Below the pieces are notes generated by a model. That model saw only the letters and a program-made list of their open reading frames with translations. It did not search any database and was not told the DNA's origin. DNA of 40,071 nucleotides from Nemertoderma westbladi (Eukaryota; Animalia; Xenacoelomorpha), in the NCBI GenBank assembly GCA_032718475.1, contig JAUCBJ010008738.1:1-40071 (forward strand). Direction: 5' to 3'. The translations under genes and the position numbers were made by a program. Below are positions 21,872 through 32,824 of the stretch, one piece after another (the first letter of the stretch is position 1; every line of letters begins with the position of its first letter).

Positions 21872-22810
21872 ATGGTCTTGGTATCGGGGAACGATATACT
21901 CTACTTTCAAACGTTTGTTGATAGCTTGATACGCGGTGATACTAGTCCAACTACTACGAAGGATGATGGTCGTTATATCGAACCGCCAATGTCCCAAGAG
22001 CAGCTCACGCGTGAGTTGGACTATAAGAAATTCACCGCTCGCTATACGCATCGTAATAGTACGTATGTGGACTTCTTAACTACTGGTCATCCTATCGATT
22101 TACACGATACGGACAATGTCGACACCAAAAGGGAAATGGTACGATTGAAATATCCTACCCAGCGGAGGCGGAACGATAAACCGAGAATGGAACACGAGAA
22201 TTCTATTCGAAACAGACTCGAAAGAGAAAACGTTGAGGAGCCGGATAAACGCAGCGACTTCAACGATTATCTGGAATTCCTGATAGAAACATATCTCAAT
22301 ATTGCCAGTCAACAAAATCTAGAAACTCGATATCCTCAAGGTATACATCATGACCGCATGGTAGAACTCAAACGGCTCGATTCCCCTATGATGTATCTTA
22401 CCGCCGATCGACCGCTACCTGTTGTACCGAATAGCTTCGAACGGATGGAGGAATATTGTAAGCTGGAGAAAGATCACTCGCGTTTCCCCTACAAGACGTA
22501 CGTTTTTGGGTATTATTGCGATGAATGCCCAAGACCCAACCAACGAACGGAAAGACATAAACATCCGCGGAGACGTTGCTTTAAACACGGTTTTACTCGC
22601 TATACTTACAGGAGTTTCGAGCGAAACTTGTTCAATGTATCACCTACGCTCGTTCGACTCAGACGATCCTTAAATAAACCAATGATCAGAGTTTCGGAAT
22701 ACTCGATCAGAGCTCCTCATTCCCTAGTGAGACCTCAGACTCTTGATCCTATTAGTATGACGGATCCTCCCGAGCTGTATTCACTGTTCAAAGATCTAGT
22801 GCTACCCTAA
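21872..22810 (+). CDS. Orphan ORF2 (312 aa) in the env position of element B; hydrophilic, with a Cys/His cluster
   Basis: 939-nt uninterrupted ATG-TAA frame in AT-rich DNA; YCDECPRPNQRTERHKHPRRRCFKH motif; no signal peptide or TM segment visible. Confidence 0.75.
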   Translation: MVLVSGNDILYFQTFVDSLIRGDTSPTTTKDDGRYIEPPMSQEQLTRELDYKKFTARYTHRNSTYVDFLTTGHPIDLHDTDNVDTKREMVRLKYPTQRRRNDKPRMEHENSIRNRLERENVEEPDKRSDFNDYLEFLIETYLNIASQQNLETRYPQGIHHDRMVELKRLDSPMMYLTADRPLPVVPNSFERMEEYCKLEKDHSRFPYKTYVFGYYCDECPRPNQRTERHKHPRRRCFKHGFTRYTYRSFERNLFNVSPTLVRLRRSLNKPMIRVSEYSIRAPHSLVRPQTLDPISMTDPPELYSLFKDLVLP

Positions 22811-23441
22811 CAATTAATCGGTAACACTCCTACAGTGATTTCTAGCTAGCCGCCCATCTTACCTAGCCGGATTGTGACGCGGACATTTAATATCGCCGTT
22901 TAACCCTTACCATCTTCCCGGCTTGACACGATATAACCTGTCACCAGAGTGGCGGAGAACGTTGTACCAAATGAGTTAAACGCTATTCTACAAAGATCAG
23001 AAAGGAAACCTACGTTTGTTCAGATAAATGTAAGTTATAACAGCAAGTCCAAGCGATAAACGAATTGTCTTTATCTCAGTTCGATTGTGAAATCCAGAAT
23101 CTCTAAGAAGATATCGCACTTAGACAACCCCATTCTCTGCGAGAGTTTTTGGATGAACGTATCCAGCTACGAGCGGAGGAAAATCAGCTCGAGGAGAAGC
23201 ATATCGAAACGGCGGATACCCCGACCATAATCCTACACCTTCTGATGCAATCATATTGCACCTTTCACCCAGGATTTATAGCCCTCCTAGTAAAGTGGCT
23301 CCCCCCAAAGAGAAAAGGACTCTTGCTAGCCTCAAGAAACTGCGTAAACGCCGTCTGCGCAAAGAAACTAACTGTTTAGAGTATCTTTATGTTTTAGAAA
23401 CTGTGATTTTTATATTTTATAGACTGAAAATCCCATTTTCT

Positions 23442-23449
23442 GGGAGCGG
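23442..23449 (+). promoter_or_regulatory. Polypurine tract of element B
   Basis: GGGAGCGG directly abuts the TG of the 3' LTR. Confidence 0.7.
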
Positions 23450-24648
23450 TGTAAAAGCTTTTGCTGAATTGTCCGGTTATTTTTCCTTATTTTTCCCGTA
23501 AAATACTCTGTAGTTGGTTTACCAGGCATAAAAAGGCCGTGTCCTTGCTGTACTGGTGTTTTAGCGGACATAAAAGCTATTTCTTCTGTATTTGTACTTT
23601 AGAGGACATAATCCGTAATTCCGTGACGTAAAAGCTCGATACTCTTGAAAACAGTGTCGCTACCATGACGACGGCTAGCAGCTGATATTGCCACGTCGAC
23701 GTTTCTTTGTTTCTTTGTTCTCTCGTTGTTCAGGTTGACCAATCAGAGCGTTTGTTGTCTCTGTGTTGGAGGTGTATACAGAAACTCAGTAGTTCAGTGT
23801 TATGTTTTGCCCAGAGCCTAAGAACCGGCTTTTGGCACCTCCGTGTTTTCAGTTTTTAGTCCTACACTAGTAGGCTTAATTATAAAGACATATATCCGTT
23901 ATCTGATGTCTGATCTCAACATACCTCAACTCATAACATACCATACCTAATCAAACAACCTGTGCATACTTTTATATTGTTATGCTGCTATTTACTGTCG
24001 GTTCTTCCTAATATGGTTGATGAATTATTATATTTGGAATAACGACAAATAACCCCGAAAACCCAATATTCTTGATATACCGAAGGTAAGAGAGAAGGGT
24101 TACAGATAAATGATTGCGACTTATGTTGAGTGGTTTGAAGTGAATCTAATGTTATTTGATAGACCCTACATGATTCGGTCCGTGTTCCTTTTATATGTGA
24201 CTAAAATCAGTGAAGATCGGCAGATCAGTGTGCAGTATTGTGCAGCATTGTGTATGAGTGAGACTGATAACGAAGCATTTCCTAAAGAATGCGCCATATA
24301 TGTGAATTATAACTAAGCCATATCGTTGTGAGTAGTTTAAGTCATAACTCTTTTTATATAGATAGAGCGCCACGTCCTAAAGGAACTGTTAATATTTCCC
24401 GAAGGTGAATAATATTGTCAGAGATTATATAATACTGTCAGTCGAATAATACATTAGGCTTACATAGCAATAAAATTAAGCCGTCGAACCCAATCTCCCG
24501 GGTATATCCAGCGGGTGAATGATCGCGCACAGATTGGTTTCGACTAGTGTAGTGAATTAAATACTTGTCATAGACTAAAGGTGATTTATTATCTAGAAGA
24601 CATCCTAATTTGGCGGGTTAAACTGCCAAAGGTCTGAAAGCGCGAACA
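23450..24648 (+). repeat. 3' LTR of element B
   Basis: Direct repeat of 13275-14473, followed by the TSD CGTTT. Confidence 0.97.
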
Positions 24649-24653
24649 CGTTT

Positions 24654-25250
24654 TTATGGCCCGTGAACCCAATCGATCCATACAGTAAGACTTTATAGCT
24701 TCAGAGTGGTTTTATTCGGTGTTTCGTTTAACCATATTTTATTGAATGCTACTATTTTACACCACCTGAAGAATTACAAGTTACCAATAGCCGATAAAAT
24801 AAGTGAAAATATTTATATAGACAAATTATAATAATTTAATGATTGCTCTGAAGAATAATATATCTTGATGGTCCTGCTTGGTTTCAGATATAAATCAAGC
24901 CACTCAGTTGTCATTTCCGAGAGAAATAATTTTAGGTCCAGTTGGAGATATACATTTTTATTGAATTATATACGCGGTGTATATAATGGGATATTTACTC
25001 CACATACATTAAACTTGTGGTCATATAGTCGGATTGTACTTTATGTTATATAATACCAAAATTTCGGACACCTTTGTCAAAAATATAGTTGACACGATTC
25101 GTGGTATGTTGCCTATACTGGGGCATTTCAATATATCCCTACGAAGATAATCCAGCTAATTTATTGGTTGGAAGAATCACATACTGTACCCTCGGATATT
25201 GGATTCGGTATTACGGAGAAATGGTCCTGAATGGCTACGTAATTAGAGAG
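24654..25250 (+). pseudogene. Decayed BEL/Pao RT-RNase H relic, 3' part
   Basis: Resumes (RF)LWP..SFRVVLFGV..LNATILHHL...ISENIYID; later DNPANLL and NGPEWL motifs; many stops and frameshifts. Confidence 0.75.
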
Positions 25251-25585
25251 CCGCTTAACTAACAACATAAATCAATATTGGATATAAGTTATATTATGGT
25301 GTGTGCAATCAGACACTTAATTTGCAATAACGTTTGAGTGTGTGCATGGATTTTTCTCAAATGTCCTGAAAACCTTTTCTACTTTCGATCCTCTCTCAAC
25401 GCATGTAATAAAATTTATGAAATTCCACCAAAATTTTTAATTTTACTTTTTAAGGCGGAAAAAATTTAAATCGATGCAATCCTATGGGTTATTTTTTCCC
25501 TAGGGAAAAAAATCCATTTTCTCCCGATTTTGGTGTATATTCAAGTGAAAAAGTAGCAATTAAAAGTATTTTTTATTATTTTCAG

Positions 25586-26284
25586 TTAAGTAAAATACAG
25601 AAAGACAGGTATATAATGAGCATCTATAAGTTCGCGATGCTATCGATTAAGTTAGCACATGCAGGAATTGTAATTTCGAAAGAAGAAAAGATAGGCGTAA
25701 AGATACAACAGAGGGTAGATGAAACTGTTGGATTCGATCGTAACTGGAACGAATATGTTGCTGGATTTGGGGATGTATCTACAAATTTCTGGATTGGTCT
25801 CGAAACGCTGTCAAAGCTATGTAAAGGTGGGGTTAAGTTGAGAATTGATTTGTGGTTCACTGGATATGGATACGATGGTACCACGGGAGATTTTTTGGAA
25901 AGTAATGACACCACGGGATACTACGTGGAATACCAGAACGAACACCGATACGCCGAATACAGCAACTTCTATATCGGATCAGCTGCAACTGATTATCACC
26001 TACATGTATCCGGTTACCAAGGCACTATTGGTGATGCATTGTCTGCGAGGCATAACTGTCAGCCATTCTCCACCAAAGACCGCCGCAACAATCCCCAATC
26101 CTACTGCTTGGTAACAGATCTTACAGGAGGGTGGTGGTTTAACGCAGACTGCTCGGGCAGCAACTTGAATGGAAGGTATGTTTCGCCATCGCTTTACATT
26201 TGGAATCAACCGGTCAATTCGTCCTCGAATGCATCAGTAGTCGAAGAATACGCTAATCGAATTGAAATGAAGATTTGGATTTAG
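25586..26284 (+). CDS. Coding exon 2: fibrinogen C-terminal (FReD) domain, ficolin/techylectin/angiopoietin-like
   Basis: IQQRVD..FDRNWNEYVAGFGD..FWIGLE..LRIDL..YAEYSNFYIG..YHLHVSGYQGTIGDAL..HN.QPFSTKDR..GGWWFNADCSGSNLNG..EMKI. Acceptor TTTTTTATTATTTTCAG ends at 25585 in phase 0; AATAAA at 26316. Confidence 0.9.
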   Translation, partial: LSKIQKDRYIMSIYKFAMLSIKLAHAGIVISKEEKIGVKIQQRVDETVGFDRNWNEYVAGFGDVSTNFWIGLETLSKLCKGGVKLRIDLWFTGYGYDGTTGDFLESNDTTGYYVEYQNEHRYAEYSNFYIGSAATDYHLHVSGYQGTIGDALSARHNCQPFSTKDRRNNPQSYCLVTDLTGGWWFNADCSGSNLNGRYVSPSLYIWNQPVNSSSNASVVEEYANRIEMKIWI

Positions 26285-26948
26285 TGATAAACTGTAAGTT
26301 GTATAAAAATTACTAAATAAATTCAATGTTGTAGCATGTGTAAACAATTTAATTATGAAATGTAGTTTTATATAGGATAGCTATTATTTTACAATAAATG
26401 ACCCAAAAAATACATTAAACCAATTACAATAATTCATATTAATATTACATTAAACCAATTACAATAATTCATATTAATATTATATTCAAACCAATTATAA
26501 TAATAGGGGTCTCCCTTGAGCTTGTTGATGCCAGCAGGTTCACCTTCGGCTGTTGTCCCCTTGGTTATACCGTGTGGTGCTGTTTCGATCTCGATTGGTT
26601 TTGGCGCTTTGGTTTTGCTCCTTTCAGTGTCCAACGTCCCGAGTAAATAATACCTTATTGGTAAATTTAATGTTATTAAGTTATTACTTTACAGTACATT
26701 ACTTCACATCTTGTTTGTTTTCCAGATTGAATTCCTAGAGCCAATTGGATTACCACAAATAATTTTTTCTATGTTACTGGTTTTTGAATAATGAATAATC
26801 TATGGTATATGGTTGTTGGATATTGGGTAGTTTAGTAAACATTAGTGCAGGATTAATAAATTACTACAGTAATGTGGTAAAGTTCCTTTATGTGAGTTTA
26901 ATGTGACGGTGTGGAATAAATTTACAGCCATCCCACGATGCCCGTTAA

Positions 26949-27154
26949 GGCCGCGTTCACACTACCGAGTCAAAGTCGAAGTCCAAAGATACAATGTAAA
27001 ACACAACATATGAAATTTTATTTTTTCTAGAATGCCCTTATGTATATTATATTATACTGTATAATGTATTATTATTTATTATTGCTAGTTATATTTATTT
27101 TCATTTGACTTTGTCTTTTGACTTTGAATTTGACACGGTAGTGTGAATGCACCA
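26949..27154. mobile_element. PIF/Harbinger-like MITE
   Basis: Imperfect TIRs GGCCGCGTTCACACTACCG...CGGTAGTGTGAATGCACCA flanked by TAA on both sides. Confidence 0.75.
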
Positions 27155-27319
27155 TAACAGTTTTGGCATTGAAGAAAGGCTTCCCGGGTTCCACTAAGAG
27201 TGGTATCATCGAGGCTAATAACGCTGTTCATGTAGCACTGGGGTTCGCCGTCCCGACTGAACAACGCTTGCGCTTGGCAATGTCCAATTATTCTAACCAA
27301 AACAATAAAGAAGAATCAA

Positions 27320-27763
27320 TGTGACGGGATCCTAAGATCCCGACTGGGTTAGATTTGTACGCATCACCGTTCTGCTGGGCAGTTGCACTGGGTCGGTTTG
27401 GCCGAAGGCCGTCGGAGAAAAATAATAGAGTTTCTGATTCTCAATGTTTATACTCCGAGCGATGATAGCACAATCGGTAAATCAGAGATGAATATCACGA
27501 CATATAATGACAGCAGAATACACAGATATTAAATTGTTAATGTTGGTAGCGGTGACTGTCATAAACTATGACCGGTCTGCAACTGAGTAACTAATGAACT
27601 GGCCGGTAAATCAGTAGTGCAGAATAATATATGATTAATACACACGGATATTGATTTCAGCTCTTACTGTACTTGGCCCTCTGTACCCAGTGGATGCTTT
27701 CCTATCTCTAATCACGTGCTTCCCTCCCTGCTATTGGCTAATATACTAATTGTCACTTTGGCA
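27320..27763 (-). repeat. Candidate 3' LTR of the second BEL-like element
   Basis: On the minus strand a purine tract CGGGGAG precedes TG at 27763, CCAAT and CACGTG boxes follow, and it ends ...GTCACA at 27320. The partner LTR is outside the window, so this is unconfirmed. Confidence 0.45.
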
Positions 27764-28441
27764 CTCCCCGTGAGTGTTTCCCCCCGCTGCTAGCCTCTAC
27801 TAGCTGTTCTCCCTCCGAGGTGGTTTGACCTCTCACCTCTCTCTGTGGCTTTAGGGCTTGTGTCGCCCCCCCCCCAAAGTTGGTTATGAGGCGAGATTAA
27901 TATTGGTAATCTCGTATCCCCAACTATATTAGTAAAATGCCACTGGTCCCCTTTTCTGGTGGGTAATGAAGTGGAATTGAATCCGCTTACACTCCCCCCC
28001 ATTCTATCTTTCTGGTGAGAAGATAGCATCAACCTTAAGTGCACTTCAATTCCGCTGGAACCCAATCTAATATTGGGTGTTGGCTGGAGTTCTTTTCTCG
28101 GGGTTGGCTTTCCTGACCGCCCCCCCTGGGTATGTTATTACTACCCCTCCTTGATGCAATCGCGAGCTATGTAGCACCAAGGTATCTGGTGTCTCTGTTT
28201 GAGACAATTGTGCTCTCTCTCTCTCCACACAATTTTTTACAACCTCACTCTAACCTTACTCTCGTACCTCTCTGTCCCTTACTTTCTCTCTCGCAGACCT
28301 CGTTGTCCCTTACTCTCTCTCTCACAGACCTCGTTGTCCCTTACTCTCTCTCTTACTGCTCGCTCCGCACACTTGAATTGCACTCCTCTCACTTCCTCAC
28401 GCACCAAAACCTCCTCTCCATACTTCCCTCTTACACAATCC

Positions 28442-29945
28442 CCTGTAAGATATATCTCTTCTGATATATCTTTTGTCCGAATCTGATATATCTCCTGTTT
28501 CCCTGGCCTCGCTCCCCTTTTCAGCGAGTTCGCCAGTTCCGCTCTGTACTCCTCTCGGACTTGCCCCAGTCCATCGGCTTGTGGCAGACAAGCCCCATGA
28601 TCTGGCCCATCGCCACTGCTCCACAATGTCCTGTACCCGCTCCGTGCTCCTCCCGGAACTTGCCCCAGTCCATCGGCTTGTGGCAGACAAGCCCCATGAG
28701 CTGGCCCATCCCCACTGCTCCACAATGTCCTGTGTTCTCTACCACCCCCAAAGTGCCAATTTTTCTTAGTTTTATTTTAATTTTATCTATGCTGCCCCCT
28801 GTCTGTGCTATCATCCTATCTACCTTCCTACTCCTTTCTTACTATGTGCCCTACTACTACTATGCTATGCCTACATACCCTTTACTTTCTTACTACGTGG
28901 CGCTCTCGGTGCCCACAACCCCTCTGCTACTACTTCTATGGTATACCTACATACCATACCCTCTACTCTCTTACTATGTGGCGCTTTCGGTGCCCACAAC
29001 CCCTCTGCTACTTTTTCTATGGTATACCTACATACCATATCCTTTACTCTCTTACTACGTGGCACTTTCGGTGCCCACAACCCCTCTGCTACTACTTCTA
29101 TGGTATACCTACATACCATACCCTTTACTCTCCTACTATGTGGCGCTTTCGGTGCCCACAACCCCTCTGCGGTACTATGTACCCTACTACTTAGTACTAT
29201 GTACTATCTACTACTACTACTTTCTATTATCTTACTTCTTATTTTATTATTTGCTTATTATTATTTTTTTTTATATTTTTATGTGTGGGAAGGGTGTCTC
29301 GCCCTCATTCCCACCCCCCTCAGTCCAACATATTGGACGACTCAACAACCTAAGGGCGATTCTTCCAGCAGGCTACTATCCCACTGCCCCCCTATAGGTC
29401 CTCTTAATCTTTGCTCTAAGATCCTAATTCCAACTCTTTTGGAATTTACCTTCCCTTCTCCTTCACCCTTAAGTCGGGTCTTTCCGTCATGTTACTGATC
29501 TCCTGGTGGTCATCCCCTGGCGGCAAAGAGCCACCCTTCATCTTGTCGTAGTTTGGCGGTAGAATGCCGCCCCTCATGTCATCCTTAATGGTACATGCTG
29601 CATCTGCGGGCCTCCCCCTTAATATGTGCGCCGGCATTAAAGCCCCCGATGACCCCCGGTCATCCTTCGGTACATGTAATGGTTTACCATTTAATGCCCC
29701 TTACTTTAATGCCACCCGCTTATGAGTGTATAACATGCCCTCTCCCACTTTCCTGCCTCCTTTGTCACGTTTCATCATGGGCTTCTCTGCCCCAGGTCTA
29801 ATCTTCCCACATCCTCTCCCTTTCCACCTTGTCTTCTTACTCGACCTCCTCCCCACCGGTATGCCTCTCAACCGGACCGGTGTTTGTTCCGGACATCTCT
29901 CCGGACACCTCGCCATCCACTCTTCTCCATCCCCATACCGATACT
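28442..29945. repeat. Copy 1 of a ~1.5-kb duplicated module (copy 2 = 30801-33919 minus the LINE); contains 2x99-bp and 4x81-bp tandem repeats
   Basis: CCTGTA(A/G)GATATATCTCTTCTGATATATC at 28442 and 30801; 99-bp units at 28561 and 28660; 81-bp units at 28897, 28978, 29059 and 29140; shared ATACCGATACT end at 29945 and 33919. Confidence 0.88.
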
Positions 29946-30789
29946 CCCCATTCTCCTCCGCCCTCGGCATCGTCTCCCCAAACACTACCCGTGGTGCCGT
30001 TCCTGGCTGCTCGCCCAGCCTGATCGTGCCTCCCGCAAAATCCATCGCCGGCTCCTCATGCACCCAGGCCCGCTTGCCGGGTTTATCCCAGAAGGCTCTC
30101 GCTCTGCTGGCCGTCACCACTCTCCCGCCCACCCAGTCCGTATCTGAGTGGCCGATCCTCTCGATGGGCGGCATCTCCCCAAACTCGTTGTCATCTTCCT
30201 CCCTCGCTGGGAGTGGATCCAGACCAGGAATCCCGGTAGATCCACTGTGCCCCTTTCCGCCTTGGCTTCCACCCGTAACTTTCCACCCTGCCTGCTCTCT
30301 TGGTCTCTTCCTTGCGAAATCACCCTCAGAGCCCCCTGGTATGGGCATCATTTGCAATCCCGATGTCGACTGTTTCGGTGATCCCTCCGTCCATCCCAGT
30401 TCCTCCCCCAGAAACTCGCCCGAGCTCCCTGATCCCCACCTTAGCTCGTCCAAGTCCTGGGCTTTGAACCCGTACTCATCTCGCCTTATATCTGCCTCTC
30501 TCTCGTCTGCTTCCCTCCTTTCTTGCCTGGCGATTTCTTCCAGCCTCTTCTCCTCGGCTCTATCTGCTTCCAGCTTCTCCCATCTCTTGTATGGTGTATC
30601 CACCTCTCTGTCTACTAGGTGCCGGCTGTCATAGTACACCGACTCGCCGTTCAGCCTCGGTTGGTCTACCAGACCTCCGAAGGCCACCTTAAAGGCTCTT
30701 CTGTAGTTTAGAGGTGCTCCTGATAGCAGAAACGCCGTTGGCTCTCTTCCGATAACCACGGCCATGAATAGGTTTAGTAAACCTATCAT
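29701..30789 (-). CDS. Unknown extra ORF (~362 aa from MIGLL) of the second BEL element, with a charged coiled-coil segment
   Basis: Open frame in unique sequence between the two modules; EKLEADRAEEKRLEEIARQERREADERE; C-terminus paralogous to the gag-PR tail. Confidence 0.55.
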   Translation of the reverse strand: MIGLLNLFMAVVIGREPTAFLLSGAPLNYRRAFKVAFGGLVDQPRLNGESVYYDSRHLVDREVDTPYKRWEKLEADRAEEKRLEEIARQERREADEREADIRRDEYGFKAQDLDELRWGSGSSGEFLGEELGWTEGSPKQSTSGLQMMPIPGGSEGDFARKRPREQAGWKVTGGSQGGKGHSGSTGIPGLDPLPAREEDDNEFGEMPPIERIGHSDTDWVGGRVVTASRARAFWDKPGKRAWVHEEPAMDFAGGTIRLGEQPGTAPRVVFGETMPRAEENGEYRYGDGEEWMARCPERCPEQTPVRLRGIPVGRRSSKKTRWKGRGCGKIRPGAEKPMMKRDKGGRKVGEGMLYTHKRVALK

Positions 30790-31221
30790 TATCCAATCCT
30801 CCTGTAGGATATATCTCTTCTGATATATCTTTATCGCTCCCCTTCGGAACTGATACACCTCCTGTTTCCCTGGCCTCACTCCCCATTTCAGCGAGTTCGC
30901 CAGCTCCGCTCCATACTCCTCTCGGAACTTACCCCAGTCCATCGGCTTGTGGCAGATAAGCCCCATGAGCTGGTCCATCGCCACTGCTTCACAATGTCCC
31001 ATGCCCGCTCCGTGCTCCTCCCGGAACTTGCCCCAATCCATCGGCTTGTGGCAGACAAGGCCTATGAGCTGGCCCATCCCCACTGCTCCACAATGTCCTG
31101 TGTTCTCTACCACCACCAAAGTGCCAATTTTCCTTAGTCTTATTTTATTTTTCTTATGTTCCCCCCTGTCTGTGTATTATCCTTTCTACCTTTCTACTTC
31201 CTCCTTACTATGTACCCTACT

Positions 31222-32788
31222 CCCAGATATTCCCATTGGCGATATCTCCTTTGCAGAAGTGAAGGCTGCTGCAAAGAGCATTAAGACCAATCGTGCCAGT
31301 GGAGTAGATGGTGTTCCCCCTGAGGTCTTTAAAATACCTGAGTGTTTAAAGCTCATCTATCCCATCATAGTAGACATGTACCGTACAACAAGAGTCCCAC
31401 AAGAAATGAAAACAAATAAGTTGGTGCCAGTTCCAAAGAAGGGCAACCTAACACTCTATGGTTCTTTTCGGGGAATCTCATTGATCTCGATTGCTGCAAA
31501 ACTATACAATAGAATTCTATTAAATCGCATCAGGGATCCCATTGAGAGACTACTACGTGGAAATCAGAATGGGTTCCGTAAAGGTCGTGGGACCATGGAG
31601 CCCATTTTGGCACTTAGAAGGATAATTGAAGAGTTATCAAAAAAGAAAGACAGGCATCTGGCTGTTATCTTTGTTGACTTCTTCAAGGCCTTTGATTCAG
31701 TCTCTCGCTCACGTATGTTCAGCATACTTTCATTATATGGGATTCCTGATGAAATTATTGCAGCAATCAGATCAGTATACGATGGTTCGACAACATTTGT
31801 GTCTACTGTTGACTGTGACACAGAACCATTTGAAGTGTTATGGGGCGTCCTCCAAGGAGACACACTTGCACCATTCTTGTTCATTATTGTGGTTGACTAT
31901 GTTCTACGCATGTCCTTAGATCATCATAATGATGATGGGGTGATGATAACTCCACCTACTGGCTCCAGAAGTCGAGGAAATCCTGCCAAGTACCTAACTG
32001 ATCTAGACTTTGCTGATGACTTAGGAGTACTCTCAGAATCATTAGAGGGAGCCCAGCGGCTCCTCAGCTCATTAGAACATGCTGCTTCTAGTGTTGGTCT
32101 TTTTATTAACTCCAGAAAGACCAAAATTCTGACAGTTAACTTTGAAAGTCCTCAGCAAGTCTCTGATCGGATGAGCATAAGCTCAAAGGATGGTATGCTT
32201 GAGCATGTGGACGACTTCTGTTACCTGGGATCATGGATCCGGAAGTCAGGTGAGGACCTTCGAATACGTAAGGGAAAGGCATGGGCAGCCTTGAATAGGC
32301 TTTCCAGGATTTGGAAGTCACCTAGAATTAATCGGAAACTTAAGGTCCGATTATTTAGAGCAGCAGTAGTTCCAGTACTCCTCTACGGGAGTCCATGCTG
32401 GGCTCTAACTGCTGAGGACACCAAATCTCTGGATGGCACATTCACAAGAATGCTACGCCGGGTACATTGTGTCAAGTACAATGCACACATCTCCAACCAG
32501 ACACTATATAACATTGGAGGTGTCTCATTGGTTCCCCCAAGCTTGACACTAGAACAAAATCGCCTCCGCTTTGCAGGACATTGCTTTCGCCGTGAGGACC
32601 AGCCAGTGCATAATCTTGTACTTTGGCAGCCTCATGGAGTGAATAAGCATGGTGGACAGCCCATGACTTTCTTGAGAGGCATCTTAAAGGACACTGGCCT
32701 TAAAGATGCGGATGATCTAGCAAATGTCATGGGTGATAGGGAGTTGTGGCGGTGCAATTTTGTTGACAAGCCGGCACAGCATTCTTAA
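31222..32788 (+). CDS. LINE reverse transcriptase domain (open frame, endonuclease missing)
   Basis: ASGVDG, PVPKKG..FRGISL, QNGFRKGR, FVDFFKAFDSV, GVLQGDTLAPFLF, DLDFADD, FCYLGS, LLYGS..W, LRFAGH. Confidence 0.93.
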
Positions 32789-32824
32789 AAATGCAGCTGC
32801 AATGCAGCATGCCGATCCTAGTAG
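31222..32824 (+). mobile_element. 5'-truncated RTE-clade LINE with 13-bp TSD
   Basis: TATGTACCCTACT at 31209-31221 and 32825-32837; short 3' UTR ending in TAGTAG. Confidence 0.92.

Larger units (their letters stand above)
13275..24648 (+). mobile_element. Complete BEL/Pao-type non-autonomous LTR retrotransposon, copy B (11374 bp)
   Basis: Two 1199-bp TG...CA LTRs, 5-bp TSD CGTTT (13270-13274 and 24649-24653), purine-rich tract before the 3' LTR, gag-PR ORF and ORF2. Confidence 0.97.

Noticed and set aside
22808-23060. Stop-codon reassignment (TAA/TAG read as Gln) extending ORF2
   Set aside because: Four TAA/TAG stops in ~45 codons are compatible with chance or decay, and all long ORFs here use the standard code. 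At most this is a degraded extension.
25484-25585. ATG at 25484 as the FReD start
   Set aside because: It reads through AT-rich intron-like sequence and a strong splice acceptor. The signal-peptide exon at 12617 fits in phase.
28561-29498. Hydrophobic repeat ORFs (278 and 186 aa) as membrane or env proteins
   Set aside because: They are translations of 99- and 81-bp tandem repeats (multiples of 3), open in several frames at once and antisense to the element.
29726-30634. 302-aa plus-strand Ser/Pro-rich ORF
   Set aside because: It is the antisense shadow of the purine-rich minus-strand ORF 29701-30789.
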